A DNA stretch of 64,000 nucleotides from Octopus vulgaris (taxonomy: Eukaryota). The stretch covers positions 212,722,001 to 212,786,000 of the forward strand of contig OX597815.1 in the NCBI GenBank assembly GCA_951406725.2. The letters run 5' to 3'. The translations under genes were made by a program, and so were the position numbers. The notes under the pieces are model-generated. The model searched no databases, was not told where the DNA came from, and saw only the letters and a program-made list of their open reading frames with translations. Below, piece after piece: positions 1-12,229 of the stretch; within the stretch, counting starts at the first letter, position 1, and every line of letters begins with the position of its first letter.

Positions 1-1486
1 TAGCTTGTTCTCCAGTTTGAACATGCATCAGGCATATTCAGACTGATGATAACATTACAATTTTACACATCACTGCTTAGCACTTTTCCACCATAAATTA
101 CTTTTTAATAAGTCTGTTTGCTATTTGCAACATCAGTGCTTGAATGGTCACTGAAATTCCATATATTGCTGATAATGAGATTTGGTTTTATGCAGCTACC
201 AGAGATCTGCCACTGAAGAGTCAGGGTATGTTGAAATCATGTGATATGGCAGTTCCAGTACCCATAGCAGACAAGTCTTGTCTGCCAGCAATAGAAATGT
301 GTGTTCTTTTATGCACCATATGTCCAATATGAGAGATCCTCTCAAGGTAAATAACACAGTAGTCAACACTAACAATACATCTATAATAATAAATGCAAAA
401 GCTAGTGTCAGTGTGTCGCACTTTTTCAAATTTACTCCTCCAACCCCCTCTCTCACTATTCAATGACACTTCTACTATTCCTCATGCTTTACCTCTCTTT
501 CACTATTCAATGACTCTTACTATTCTTCATTCTTGGTTTTTCTTTAATCCTAACATTTTGAAAAAAATATTTCTCTAGATATTACAACTATTTCCAAAAT
601 AAACATTTTGAAAAATATCTTTCTCTAGATATTATAACTGCATCAAGTAATTTAACCATAACACATACTTCATAATGTCAGAACTAAAATACATATTGAA
701 CTCACTCTCTCATACAATATTACCTCTCATAACTCTCTACCATAAAAACGTTGGAAATTTAGTATTTTTCATATATTAATAAAATTTGTCGGACCTATTT
801 TCATGCTGTCAGAGCTATGGAAACTTAGCGCACTCCGACTGCATGAAAATAAATTCGATTAATTCTATGATCGCCTTAAAAAATACAAATTTTAAACATC
901 TTTATGGTCAAATACGATTATAACAATTTCAAACCATAAAAATCGCACTTTAAAATAGTGTTTAGCGACAGTGGTGTAACTTTCCTTCCAACTACAAACA
1001 GGAGTTTAGGTATGTACCAGCTACTACAAATAATTGTTAGTATGAAAAGTAAGGCCCTATGTACATCAAATTATCTTTAAATTAAGTGGCGGCAGAAGAA
1101 TGATCAAACTAGGTAAGATTATTGTTGCCTGAGGCCAGCTATATGTTGGTCGTTCAAGGGTAGGGAATGGAAACAGGCCATTTGTACTGATTCTGAATAG
1201 GAAGACCAAAAAATGCTTATCATGCAGCTTTGCAAGTTGACAAATTATATCATTGCTTGAAAAATATTGTTCAAATTTAATAAAATTTAAGATGTACTCA
1301 AAGCATGAAGTGCCATTGTTGGGCCCAAGGCCCAATGAAGAGCCCTCCACAGGAGCTAGCTTAAAATCCTTTCTATTGGGCGGCTTTTAAGCTAGTTAAC
1401 AATAAGTTGGACATAAAGATTGCCTTTTGGTATTAATACTGCTTCTATCACCAATAGTTTATTTATATATATCAACATCATTTATC

Positions 1487-1647
1487 ATCATCATCATCGT
1501 CGTTTAACGTCCATTTTCCACGCTAGCATGGGTTGGACGGTTCAAACGGGGTCTGGGAAGCCAGGGGCTGCACCAGGCTGCAGTCTGATCTGGCAGTGTT
1601 TCTACAGCTGGATGCCCTTCCTAACGCCAACCACTCCACAAGTGTAG
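1487..1647 (-). mobile_element. Family B non-autonomous retroposon, 3' part
   Basis: Reverse complement of GGTTGGCGTTAGGAAGGGCATCCAGCTGTAGAAAC...GGACGTTAAAC(GAT)n, a sequence recurring more than 15 times in the window. Confidence 0.85.
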
Positions 1648-1671
1648 TATATATATATATATATATATATA

Positions 1672-1908
1672 TACTTTACTTTGTTTATCTCCCCTACTTT
1701 TTCGCTCTCCTGTGTGACCCTTCTGTCCAGCAGTCGCCACTACACACGTTTTTTCTCTCCTTGTGTTTTTTTCTGTGTCCCTTCCTGTAGAAGAGCGTAG
1801 ACTCGAAACATAAAAGACTTTTTCTATTCCTGAGCGTTATACTAATACATCTGTTTGTTTTGTACACCACCTGTCTTCGTCTTTTGTTTTTTTTCATGAA
1901 CTCTCCTA
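1672..1908 (+). mobile_element. Penelope-like terminal (pLTR-type) fragment with degenerate hammerhead-like motif
   Basis: Flanked by (TA)n. Contains CTGTAGA-A-GAG CGTAGA CTC-GAAA-CATA (1785-1812), a hammerhead layout with a mismatch in the CUGANGA box. Confidence 0.5.
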
Positions 1909-1920
1909 TATATATATATA

Positions 1921-2182
1921 TCATCATCATCATTTTGCATCCGCTTTCCGTGCTAGCATGGGTTGGACAGTTCAACTGGGGTCTGGGAAGCCAGAAGGCT
2001 GCACCAGGCCCAGTCTGATCTGGCAGTGTTTCTACAGCTGGATGCCCTTCCTAACGCCAACCACTCCGTGAGTGTAGTGGGTGCTTTTATGTGCCACCCA
2101 CACAGGTGCCAGACGGAGCTGGCAAACGGCCACGGACGGATGGTGCTTTTACATGCCACCGGCACGGGGGCCAGGCGAGGCT
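1921..2182 (-). mobile_element. Family B retroposon
   Basis: (CAT)n tail, CTAGCATGGGTTGGAC, GGATGCCCTTCCTAACGCCAACC, and two GGTGCTTTTA..TGCCACC modules. Confidence 0.9.
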
Positions 2183-2195
2183 ATATATATATATT

Positions 2196-2735
2196 GCTTC
2201 CAGTAGCCCTACCACTCTCAGGTTTTCACCACTCACTTCCCCTCCCCACTTTCTAATAACACATCTTTGGCAACATCCTGCCACTTACATTATGACCTTC
2301 GAACCTCAAAGGTATGCCCTGGCATCTGCCACCATCTATATCTCTCTCTGATTTTACTCAACCATCCCATTTATATTCTGATCCCTGTCCCTTGTGACTA
2401 TGCCCAGCACTCTGCCACCATCTCTATCCTGCTGTCTCCCACTCACTCACTCCTTCTCCTGCACTTCCCTCAGGTTGGGTAACCACGTATCTCCTTTGTG
2501 GCAGCACACCTGTTTCTTCCTCATTCCTGATATCTCTCTCTCCAGCCAGGTAACCTTGTACCTCCTTTAAAACAAGATATCTGTCTCTGTCTCTCTGTCT
2601 CACTATAACCTTTCATTATCTCACACAAGATCACCTCCCCCAATGCCCCTCCTCACCACTCAAAAGATTTTTGTTTTGCAAGTTACTTGATAACCCAGGC
2701 CAGCATGGAAGGCAGACATTAAACGATGATGATGA
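2196..2735 (+). mobile_element. Pyrimidine-rich body ending in the family B tail (possible longer 5' body of family B)
   Basis: About 500 bp of C/T-rich sequence followed by GCCAGCATGGAAGGCAGACATTAAAC(GAT)n. Confidence 0.5.
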
Positions 2736-4932
2736 TATATGTGTGAATTCTAACATATACAAAGGCCACAAATTTGGGACAATCATATAGTTGATATCAA
2801 GCTCAGTAAATGACAGATTTGTTTTATTAACCCTGAAAGGTTGAAAGACAAAACTGAGCTCAATGGAACTGAACTTAGAACATAAAGATATATAAGCAAA
2901 TATGTTTTTATTCTGAGTTCAAGCCCTTGTGAAGTCAACTTTGCCTAATGACAATAAATAGATTAAAATTCAAACTGATTTACATTGCCATTTGTACAAC
3001 TAGAGCACCATCCGTCGATAATATAAAACTTCGATAATTCTATGAAAATCAAAATTCCAGGTCTTGTGTTCACACAGTTATTTTTGTTGTCTTTTTATAG
3101 AGAAGCACTTGTTCACCTGATGCTAAAAATGTAATTGTGAGCCAGCAAAGGAAGCATTTATATGGTGTCTCAACTTGCTAGAAATAACAACCAAATCTCC
3201 CCTATATTGCATCTTACTGTCTTAAACAAGAGACACAATGCATAACATAATTTTAGAGACATTATGACTGAAACAAAAACAAGACATTTAGTCACAGCTT
3301 GAATATCTTTGGTTTTATAGGTCAACCTACTTAGGTCTGGGTCCAAATAATTATTTCTAATACAGACACAAAAAAAAGTGAGGAAGGGGCAAATCAATTA
3401 CATTAACCCCAGAACTTAGAAACCATTATTTTCCAGTCTTTTTATGTCCTGAGCTGAAATTGCACCAAGGTTAACTTTGCCTTTCATCTTTACAGGATTG
3501 ATAAAATAAAGTACCAATCAAGTACTGGCGTCAATGTAATTGACTAACCTGCTTGGGCCAAAATTTGAAATAATCATTATTTTTATTACCATCTTTTCTG
3601 GCATATAAGTTGACATAGAATGTAATGTAAACATTTCACTATCTTTCCAAATCCTGCTGCTTTTCACAGAGAATATTTGGTTCTCCAAAATCATCTTGGT
3701 GTATAAATCAATCTACCTTTTTGGGATTTAAATTTTAAAATTCAACTTGTATGCCAAAAAAATATCATTATTATAGGGAATAGTTTATTATTGAACAAAA
3801 AGCAAATTAAATTTAGGTAAATGTAATTTAGAGATGGTACACATTTCGTACTTTATAAGAGAAGCAGAAACCTAAATAAAAAAAAACCATCAAGAAATCA
3901 TAAGAAATATATACATTCAACAAATATTTATTTCTATTTCTTATATTTCTTCAAAATCTGTTCTTTGATAGTTAGCATTCACCAAAATAAGCTGCTTGTG
4001 GCTTTAAGAACAAACAAATGGTAAGCAACAGCCAGCCTACAATATGTGTTTTGTAACCTTGACTTAGTTCACTTCTCAAAATGTCATCAAAAATAGAAAC
4101 CAGATTTAGACGTGTCATTATTTTATTGTACATCCAAGGCTGCACAAGAAATCTTATTAAATATACAAGACTCTAGTGATCCCCCCAACAGTTTAGCAAT
4201 TAACTTTGCTTTACTAAAAAGAAAACAGAAAACAGAAAGAAAGAGTGAAATGATCAAATAACCTAACAGACATTTCTTGAAATATAAGAGGCAGAAAATA
4301 TAAATATAATTTTTTTTCCTTTCTCACCCTTACTGAATCTCAAAGTTCATAGAACTACATATAAATGTCACAGTTTGAATCGAATCAAAGTTAAAGGACA
4401 GAGGAACAAATAAAGTCCAAGAAAAAAGAAAAAACCTACAGTTATTACATCCCAACAGTAGTGAATACATGCTTATAATGACATCATTTATGGTTAATTT
4501 TAATTATGAACATTCATTAATGAACAATTAAGGACCTTGTCCAAATGACTTTAGTCTATGATATACTTCAGTGTCACTTAAGTCTATCATCAAACTAAAT
4601 ACCATTCTACTTCTTTAGAATTAACAATTGTTATTAAGCCCGTTTTGAATAGATTCAATTTCAGACACAGACTAATTCTGTCAAGATAATATCAACACAC
4701 AAAGCTAGTTAACAATGAAGGCATATAATACATTTCACCTGTTATTTGTACACCTGGAATAGTTATTCACTCACTCCAGACATTCTAGAAAGCATTAAAG
4801 AAAAAGCTGACTGAACTGAAAGGTAAGTTTTCTCTCATGGAACCAGTTTACTCTGTGCCCCTCCAGCCCCTATTTCCAACACTTTTGTTCCTCTGTATTC
4901 GGTATTTTTATAAGGGGAAAATTATCAGAATC

Positions 4933-5067
4933 ATATTCTGTTACGTCTGGGGAGAGTCATTCTCTTTTAGTGCCTTATTATTTAACACACTCACCGGTAA
5001 AATTTCCACTTATTTCTTATCTTTATTTTCTAAAATTTTCGTTGCGTCTTGCAACCTTTTCAATAGT
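4933..5067. repeat. Single arm of the fold-back repeat seen at 17181-17427
   Basis: ATATTCTGTTACGTCTGGGGAGAGTCATTCTCTTTT...CCTTTTCAATAG matches both arms of the 17.2-17.4 kb palindrome. Confidence 0.85.
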
Positions 5068-5682
5068 CTTGACTCTGTCCGTTTATGACTGAGAAGTTCA
5101 CTTCTCTACCACACGGTTCCAGGTTCAGTTCCACTGCATGGCACCTTGAACAAGTGTCTTTTGCTATAACATCAGATTGACCAAAAGCATTCTGAGTAGA
5201 TTTAATCAATCAAAACTAAACATATGCACAGATGTGCATATGTTTATGATGCACTTCTTTATGATATACATTCTTTGTGTATATGTATTTGTGCATTTAT
5301 ATTTCTTTGAATAAGCTCATATTTCCCTCCTGTTCACAAGTTAGTAAACAATAGCTTCTTGATAGTATCATATGCTTACAGTTTACCGTGACACCAATTC
5401 CTGGTTTCTTGACATGTTGCCTAATCTTTCTAAACAATTATTGATAGCTCCAGTTTCCTGTAGCTACTGAAACTGTTGAGTATAGAAACGGAATGGCAGC
5501 TTGTTTCTCTAGGATTGGTAAAATTGGTGTTGACGAGTCTGAAGAGAATCCAATAAGATTCGAAAATCAATTAAGGTTGTTCATCATTTTCTCATTCTAT
5601 GGAGAAATAGCTAAATTAGCCCTGTTCATAAATCTACTATATGGGGTCTATATATATATAGACGCAGAATGACTGTGTGGTA

Positions 5683-5840
5683 AGGCGGTGAGCTGGCAGA
5701 AACGTTAGCACGCCAGGCAAAATGCTTCTGAGTTCAAATTCCGCCAGGGTCAACTTTGCCTTTCATCCATTCGGGATCGATAAATTAAGTACCAGTTATG
5801 CACTGGGGTCGATGTAATCAACTTAATCCCTTTGTCTGTC
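5683..5840 (+). mobile_element. Family C SINE (Meta-like core), internally deleted
   Basis: GGCGGTGAGCTGGCAGAAACGTTAGC head, GAGTTCAAATTCC B-box-like motif, CTTTGCCTTTCATCC..CGATAAATTAAGTACCAG core. Confidence 0.85.
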
Positions 5841-6290
5841 TGTGCTTGAAATGACATGTAAAGCTAAGTAAAAGCATGGTTAGGCTCATCCCTTGCAACC
5901 CGCTCCAGCTGAGCACCCCTAATCTCACAGGCTTGTAGGGGCTGGTGCTACATAAAAAGCACCCATGCCATAAAAGCATCCAATGCACTCTGTGGTTGGC
6001 ATTAGGAAGGGCACCCAGCCATAGAATCCTGAACAGCTCTTCAGATAGTCAGCTCCTGCCAAACCATCCAACACATGCCAGTATGAAAAACGAATGTTAA
6101 ATGATGATGATGAATGCTTGGATCAGTGAGATTCATTGATCCAGCAATGAATTTAGACCTTCATGGTCTGTTCTTGACCCCTTTTGTTATTATATTTCTG
6201 TGAAATACACTGGCCCTTGTTTCAAATAATTTTGAAAATAACAAAAGAATTTAATAAAATAATCTTTTACTTTTGGCAATATTAATCTGA

Positions 6291-6474
6291 GTGAGCTGGC
6301 TGAGTGGTATTTCGCTCATCATTACATTCTGAGTTCAAATGTCACTGGGGTTCACTTTGCTTTTCATCTCTTTGGAGTCAATAAAATAAGTACCAGTTGA
6401 GCACTGGGATCGATGAAATTGACTAAGCCCCCACCCCACCCCATTTCAGGCCTTGTGCCTACAGTAGAAAGGAT
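6291..6474 (+). mobile_element. Family C SINE with 11-bp TSD
   Basis: TSD TATTAATCTGA at 6280-6290 and 6475-6485; family C core present. Confidence 0.85.
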
Positions 6475-6504
6475 TATTAATCTGATATTTGAAACATGGA
6501 TTAA

Positions 6505-6723
6505 CCCTTTCGTTACTGTATTTATTTTGAGATGCTCTGTGTTTCTTTCAATTACTTTAAATATAATAAAGAATTTAGTAAAAGAACTTAGTTATCATTA
6601 ACCTAGTGTTTGGAACATAAATTGTGACTAAGGTGTGGTGGAAGATTTTAACTGAAAACTTATGAAAACAAGGTATTTGTACCCAGAACCAGAGCCGTTT
6701 CAGACGGGTTGGTAACGAAAGGG
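6505..6723. mobile_element. piggyBac-superfamily MITE (219 bp)
   Basis: Perfect 12-bp TIRs CCCTTTCGTTAC / GTAACGAAAGGG, flanked by TTAA at 6501-6504 and 6724-6727. Confidence 0.92.
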
Positions 6724-7022
6724 TTAACATGAAATTCTGATGGGAAGTTTTGATTTAAATCATTTCAAATCAAGAAATTTGTATCATAGAACTAGGATGG
6801 TTTCAGATAGGTTGGTGTCAAAAGGGTCAATGATGTGGCTGGTGCTAATGCAAGCAATTGACATTTTATAGAAGCTAAAGGCAATGGGATTGGTACTTTA
6901 GTAGTGATGACATTATCACTTGGTTTAAATTTTTACTACTGGCTGCTTTATTTTTCATATACTTATCTAATTAATAAACATTTATGCACAACACATCTGG
7001 TAGAAAGCCTCCTAAGATAAAT

Positions 7023-7240
7023 TTCACCATTTAGCATTTAAATCAGCTATATCAAACCCAAAATATTCTGTTTGCTTCATGTTCAAACTGGCCAGCTCCA
7101 GCCACTCAGCCCTACCCGACAATGTCATTCTACAAATAAACAATCACATCATCAAAGTCTCGAAGCTATGAGACAATCCATTATTAATTCAAATTTAAAT
7201 ATTATATTTGAGGGAGTAATCTGAGTGCTAAGGGGTTGAA
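7023..7240. mobile_element. Second piggyBac-type MITE family (degenerate)
   Basis: CCATTTAGCATTT...GTGCTAAGGGGTT ends. Homologous copies lie at about 19890-20448 (split by a SINE) and 23817-24029. Confidence 0.65.
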
Positions 7241-7322
7241 GGAGTCCAAGGCAACTTAAACTACAGCTTTTAAGTCGGTTACTAGAGGACTTTATACAGG
7301 GGCAAATATATCCTGTTTATAT

Positions 7323-7629
7323 ACTCTTTACTCTCTTTTACTTGTTTCAGTCATTTGACTGTGGCCATGCTGGAGCACCACCTTTAGTCAAGCAAATTGA
7401 TCCCAGGACTTAATCTTTGCAAGCCTAGTACTTATTCTATAGGTCTCTTTTGCCGAACCGCTAAGTTATGGGAACGTAAACACACCAGCATCGGTTGTCA
7501 AGCTATGTTGGGGGGAACAAACAGACACACAAACATATACACACATAACATACATATATATATATATAAACATATATACGACGGGCTTCTTTCAGTTTCC
7601 GTCTACCAAATCCACTCAAGGCTTTGGTC
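7323..7629 (-). mobile_element. Family A SINE, 5'-truncated
   Basis: Reverse complement of ...GAAAGAAGCCCGTCG-(TA)n(TG)n-...CCAGCATGGCCACAGTCAAATGACTGAAACAAGTAAAAGAG. Confidence 0.9.
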
Positions 7630-7758
7630 AAGATATTTTTATGTAATTTTGGTAAATATATCCTTTAAAATGCGATGTCAGTGTTATTTTCATTTTTGTG
7701 TAATTTAGCTGACAATTTATCCACTGAACACTATGAATGTGTGTGCGTGTGTGTGTAT

Positions 7759-8205
7759 ATCATCATCATCGTTTTACGTCTGCTTTCCATACTGGCATGG
7801 GTTGGACGGTTTGACTGAGGACTGGTGAGCCACAGGCTGCACCAGGCTCAATCTGGTCTGGCAAAGTTTCTACACTTGGATGCCCTTCCTAACGCCAACC
7901 ACTCCGAGAGTGTAGTGGGTGCTTTTACGTGCCACCGGCATGAGGGCCAGTCAGGCGGTACTGGCAATGACCCTGCTCAAAAGGTGTTTTTACATGTTAC
8001 CAGCATGGGAGCCAGTCTGGCGGCACTGGCAACAGCCACACTTGGATGTTGTTTCTCACGTGCCACCAGCACATGTACTGGTAAAGCAATGCTAGCAATG
8101 ATCACACTCAAATGGTGCTTTTCACGTGTCACCAGCACAGGAGCCAATCCATGGCCCTGGCTCGGATGTGCTTTTAACGTTCCACTGGCATGAGTGCCAA
8201 TCAGG
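7759..8205 (-). mobile_element. Family B retroposon with about 5 diverged internal modules
   Basis: (CAT)n tail plus repeated GTGCTTTT..CGTGCCACCAGCA units. Confidence 0.85.
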
Positions 8206-8234
8206 CTATATATATATATATATATTTATCATCT

Positions 8235-8481
8235 TTGGCCTCCATGCCGGTGGCACGTAAAAAGCAGCATCCGACCATGGCCGTTTGCCAGCCCCGTCTG
8301 GCACGTAAAAAGCACCCACTACACTCACGGAGTGGTTGGTGTTAGGAAGGGTATCCAGCCATAGAAACATTGCCAGATCAGATTGGGCCTGGTGCAGCCT
8401 CCTGGCTTCCCAGACCCCCAGTTGAACCGTCCAACCCATGCTAGCACGGAAAGCGGACGACAAACGATGATGATGATGATG
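8235..8481 (+). mobile_element. Family B retroposon
   Basis: GGTGGCACGTAAAAAGCA module x2, family core and (GAT)n tail; inverted relative to 7759-8205. Confidence 0.9.
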
Positions 8482-8746
8482 ATTTGTTTACTTTGGACTG
8501 CAGCTATGGTGCAGCACCATCAAGGATTTAGTTGAACAACTCGATCCCAGTACTTATTCCATCTGCCTCTTTTGCTGAACAACTAAATTATGGGGATGTA
8601 AACAAACCAACACCAATTGCCAAGCAGTGGTGAAGGACAAACACAGACACAAAGACACACACACACACATAACTATATACATCATCGTTTAATGCCTGCC
8701 TTCCATGCTGTTACGGGATGGATAGATACATACATACTTATATACT

Positions 8747-8777
<31 letters not shown>

Positions 8778-9346
8778 GACAGGCTTCTTTCATTTTCCAT
8801 CTACCAAATCCTGCTTAAAAGGCTTTGGTGGGCCTGGGACTATAGTAGATGGTACCTGCCCAAGATCAAGACACTGAATGACATTCCTGTCTACACACAT
8901 TGACACAGAAAAACTTATGCTCATCATAAAGTACTGAGTACATTCATCAGAGTACATTATCTACAACATTCTCTTCCCCTATCAGAAAAAGACATTCACA
9001 CATAATGAGTATCACCATCATAATTTAATATTTATCTGCTATGTGGTCGACAAACTGGCATGGACTGAACAACACACACACACACGTATGTGTGATTTTT
9101 CTCACCTAATATATAAAAGTAGTAGCAAGCTATCAGCAAACAGGTATAGGTGTTTTTTCTTTCTTTTTTTTTACGGTGCTTGTATGGAATGCCCACACTA
9201 CTACCCGACTCATTTGACAACGCTATACAGACAGTATATATTGGAAAAGTGAATACCATGGAAGATAGATCATAATTTATTCTTTGATTTTACGTAGTCA
9301 TACGACCTACAAGGAATAGCAGTCAAATCTTCTTCAACGTCTTTTG

Positions 9347-9965
9347 GAGCAGGAGTGGCTGTGTAGTAAGTAGCTTGCTTACCAACCACATGGTTCTGGG
9401 TTCGGTCCCACTGTGTGGTACCTTGGGCAAGTGTCTTCTACTATAGCCTTGGGCTGACCACAGCCTTGTGAGTGGATTTGGTAGATTGAAACTGAAAAGG
9501 CAGCAAGCTGGCAGAAACGTTAGCACACCGGGCAAAATGCTTAGCTGTATTTCATCTGTCTTTACGTTCTGAGTTCAAATTCCACCTAGGTCAACTTTGC
9601 CTTTCATCCTTTCGAGGTCGATAAATTAAGTACCAGTTAAGTAACTGGGGTCAATGTAATCGACTTAATCCCTTTGTCCTTGTTTGTCCCCTCTATGTTC
9701 AGCCCCTTGCGGGCAATAAAGAAATAGGAAACTGAAAGAAGCCCGTCGTATATATGTATATGTATAAGTGTGTGTGTGTTTGTGTGTCTGTGTATACCCC
9801 CCCCCCCCATCGCTTGACAACCGATGCTGGTGTGCTTACATCCCCATAACTAAACGGTTCGACAAAAGAGACCGAAATAATACGTACTAGGCTTACAAAG
9901 AATAAGTCCTGGGGTTGATTTGCTCGACTAAAGGCGGTGCTCCAGCATGACTGAAACAAGTAAAA
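9347..9965 (+). mobile_element. Family A SINE with a nested full family C SINE (9498-9727)
   Basis: Head GGAGTGGCTGTGTAGTAAGTAGCTTGC. The family C copy is flanked by TSD GAAACTGAAA (9488-9497 and 9728-9737), after which family A resumes. Confidence 0.9.
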
Positions 9966-10499
9966 AAAGTAACCCACCCCACTACTATCTTTTAAAAAAA
10001 TGTAACTCCCTGCGTGTTTTGACCTGTCTTTGTAATGTCCCTGTAACAAGTAGTAGTAGTGGTGGTGGTGGTGGTAGTAGAGGTCCCGAACTGGTAGAGT
10101 CGTTAGCAAGCTGGACAAAATGCTGAGCGGAATTTTTTTCTGGCACTTTGCGTGCTAAAGCTCAAATTCCGCCGAGGTCTACTTTCATCTTTCCTAGGTT
10201 GATGAAATAAGTACCAGCTGAGCATTGGGGGTCGATGTAATTCACTAACCCTTGCCTCAAAATTTCAACGTCCCGTTCTTCCCACCTGTCTGCTGATTTC
10301 TCTCCATTTCTCTTGAAGTAGGAAGAACTTCGTTAGTCGTAACAGTCAATAGCAATTGCCAACTAACAATCATAATTAGTACCATCCACAATAATTCCAC
10401 AGGGTATTGTTGTTTAGCTCTAAGATCGGCCCTGATCGAGTAACCACCTATTATTAACAAAGAGCTCCAGATGTCACTATCCAATTATTGGTAATTCTT

Positions 10500-10830
10500 C
10501 ACTGGACTGCAGCCACGCTGGGCACCGCCTTGGAAGGTTGTAATCGAAGTACTTTTTTTTTTTAATGCCCGGTACTTATTCTATCGGGGTCTTTTTGCCG
10601 AAGTGCTAGAATACGGGGACGTAAACAAACCAACACCAGTTGTCAAGTGGCGGTGGGGGGGGGGCAAACATAAACACATTATATATGTCGGGCTTCTTAC
10701 AGTTTCCGTCAACCAAATCTACTTACGTCGGACCGAGGCTATAGTAGGAGATACTTACTCAAGATGTAACGCACTGGGGACTGAACCCAGAACCATGTGG
10801 TTGGAAAGCAAAGTACTTGGCACACAGACA
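10500..10830 (-). mobile_element. Diverged family A SINE
   Basis: GGGACTGAACCCAGAACCATGTGGTTGG and CAGTTTCCGTC motifs in reverse orientation. Confidence 0.75.
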
Positions 10831-12182
10831 CATACATGAAAAATAATTGGAACTGCATTGTTTCGCGTATCCTTTCTTATAAAAATAGTAGGTGGTGATT
10901 TGGAAAAGATTTGACTGTTGTTTTTAGCAGGGCAACTGGTCGCGTTGAGGGTATTACAATATTAAGCAGACTCTGCATCTGTAATGCTTAAAAACTTGGA
11001 CATTTTTGTTTACCCTCAAGTTAGCCCTTACCAAGCACACATACGATAAAAGGAGTTCCAGTTGTGATCATCCCAAATTTGAGACAATAGTATCTCCGAC
11101 TGATTGTGGGTCTTTTCTTTTCCGCTCCCCTTTTTAATGTTAATGATAGTGTATTTGAAGATTTAACCGCTATTTCTAATAGGTCGCACGACAACGTACA
11201 TGTTCCGTCGCGACGGTAGATATGAAGTAATATTTCTTTTCAAAGCATAAGCCGTGTTTATTACTGGTACTGATATATGTTACAACGATCCCTCCAAAGC
11301 CACTTTGTCGATACACACAAAAATGTTAGAGAGAGGGGGGAGACGAGAGGGAGTGAGGGACAGGCAGTCGGGGGTGGGGAACGAGATAATAAAGTACCAG
11401 TCAAGCACTCTCCGACCCGAGGTCAATTATATCGATAAACACCCTTAAAATTGCCTAAATCAGAAACCATTAACGGCAACAGATTGGCAGAATCGTTAGG
11501 CATCGGAGAAAATGCCTTGCGATATGTTCCGACACTTTAAGTTCTGAGTTCAAATCCTATCGCGGTCAACTCCGCCTCTCATACCTCCAGGATCAATAAA
11601 ACACAGGAGCAATTAAAAAGTGGGTCGATATCGACTAACTTCACCCACTCCTTTCAAAAACTGTTGGCCTTGTGCCTAAGCTATTATTATTGTTGATGAT
11701 TAATCTCATAACATCAGATACCGATGTAAATATTGGAAGGAATTTATTGAAATCCGGTTCACATCAAATCTAAGCGAACTAGCAATATAATACTTATAAA
11801 TGGTTGAGGTGAAACAATGAAAAGTCTTTTTGTTTTCTTTTGTTTTCTGTTTAACAAGTTACAGTTGCAGTTTAGCCTCAGGCCACCCTTGATCCAGTCT
11901 TATCATTAAAGGCAGTCCAGTCGAAACCAACACTTTTTTTCTTATCACTAATTTAGCACGTAATAATTATATATATTGGTGATTTAGGACTACATAAGCC
12001 AACGTGCCCTTCCCTTTTTCTTTCTTTTTTTTTTTTAGCGATGTCACTTGAGATTTGGATGCTATTTATGTCCACGTACAGGATTAAGGTTTAAATTTGG
12101 CTTCGTTAACAAGTACATTATCCAAGCACAGTAGTTTTAGCTGGGAATTGAAACAAGATCGGAGAGTAATTAATCTATTTTG

Positions 12183-12185
<3 letters not shown>

Positions 12186-12226
<41 letters not shown>
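12186..12226. repeat. (GA)n microsatellite
   Basis: Read directly from the sequence. Confidence 0.95.

Positions 12227-12229
<3 letters not shown>

Larger units (their letters stand above)
6178..6826. mobile_element. Old piggyBac-type MITE hosting two nested insertions
   Basis: Ends TTGA-CCCCTTTTGTTAT ... GGTGTCAAAAGGG-TCAA. Its internal sequence resembles the younger MITE nested inside it. Confidence 0.65.

Noticed and set aside
196-225. 30-nt plus-strand micro-exon (TGCAG|...GG|GTATGT)
   Set aside because: No partner exons or homology; such signals arise often by chance in AT-rich DNA.
1345-1398. Hairpin CTAGCTTAAAA...TTTTAAGCTAG as a terminator or Helitron end
   Set aside because: Intrinsic terminators do not apply to this eukaryotic context. 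A Helitron-like 3' end is possible, but I found no matching 5' end or second copy.
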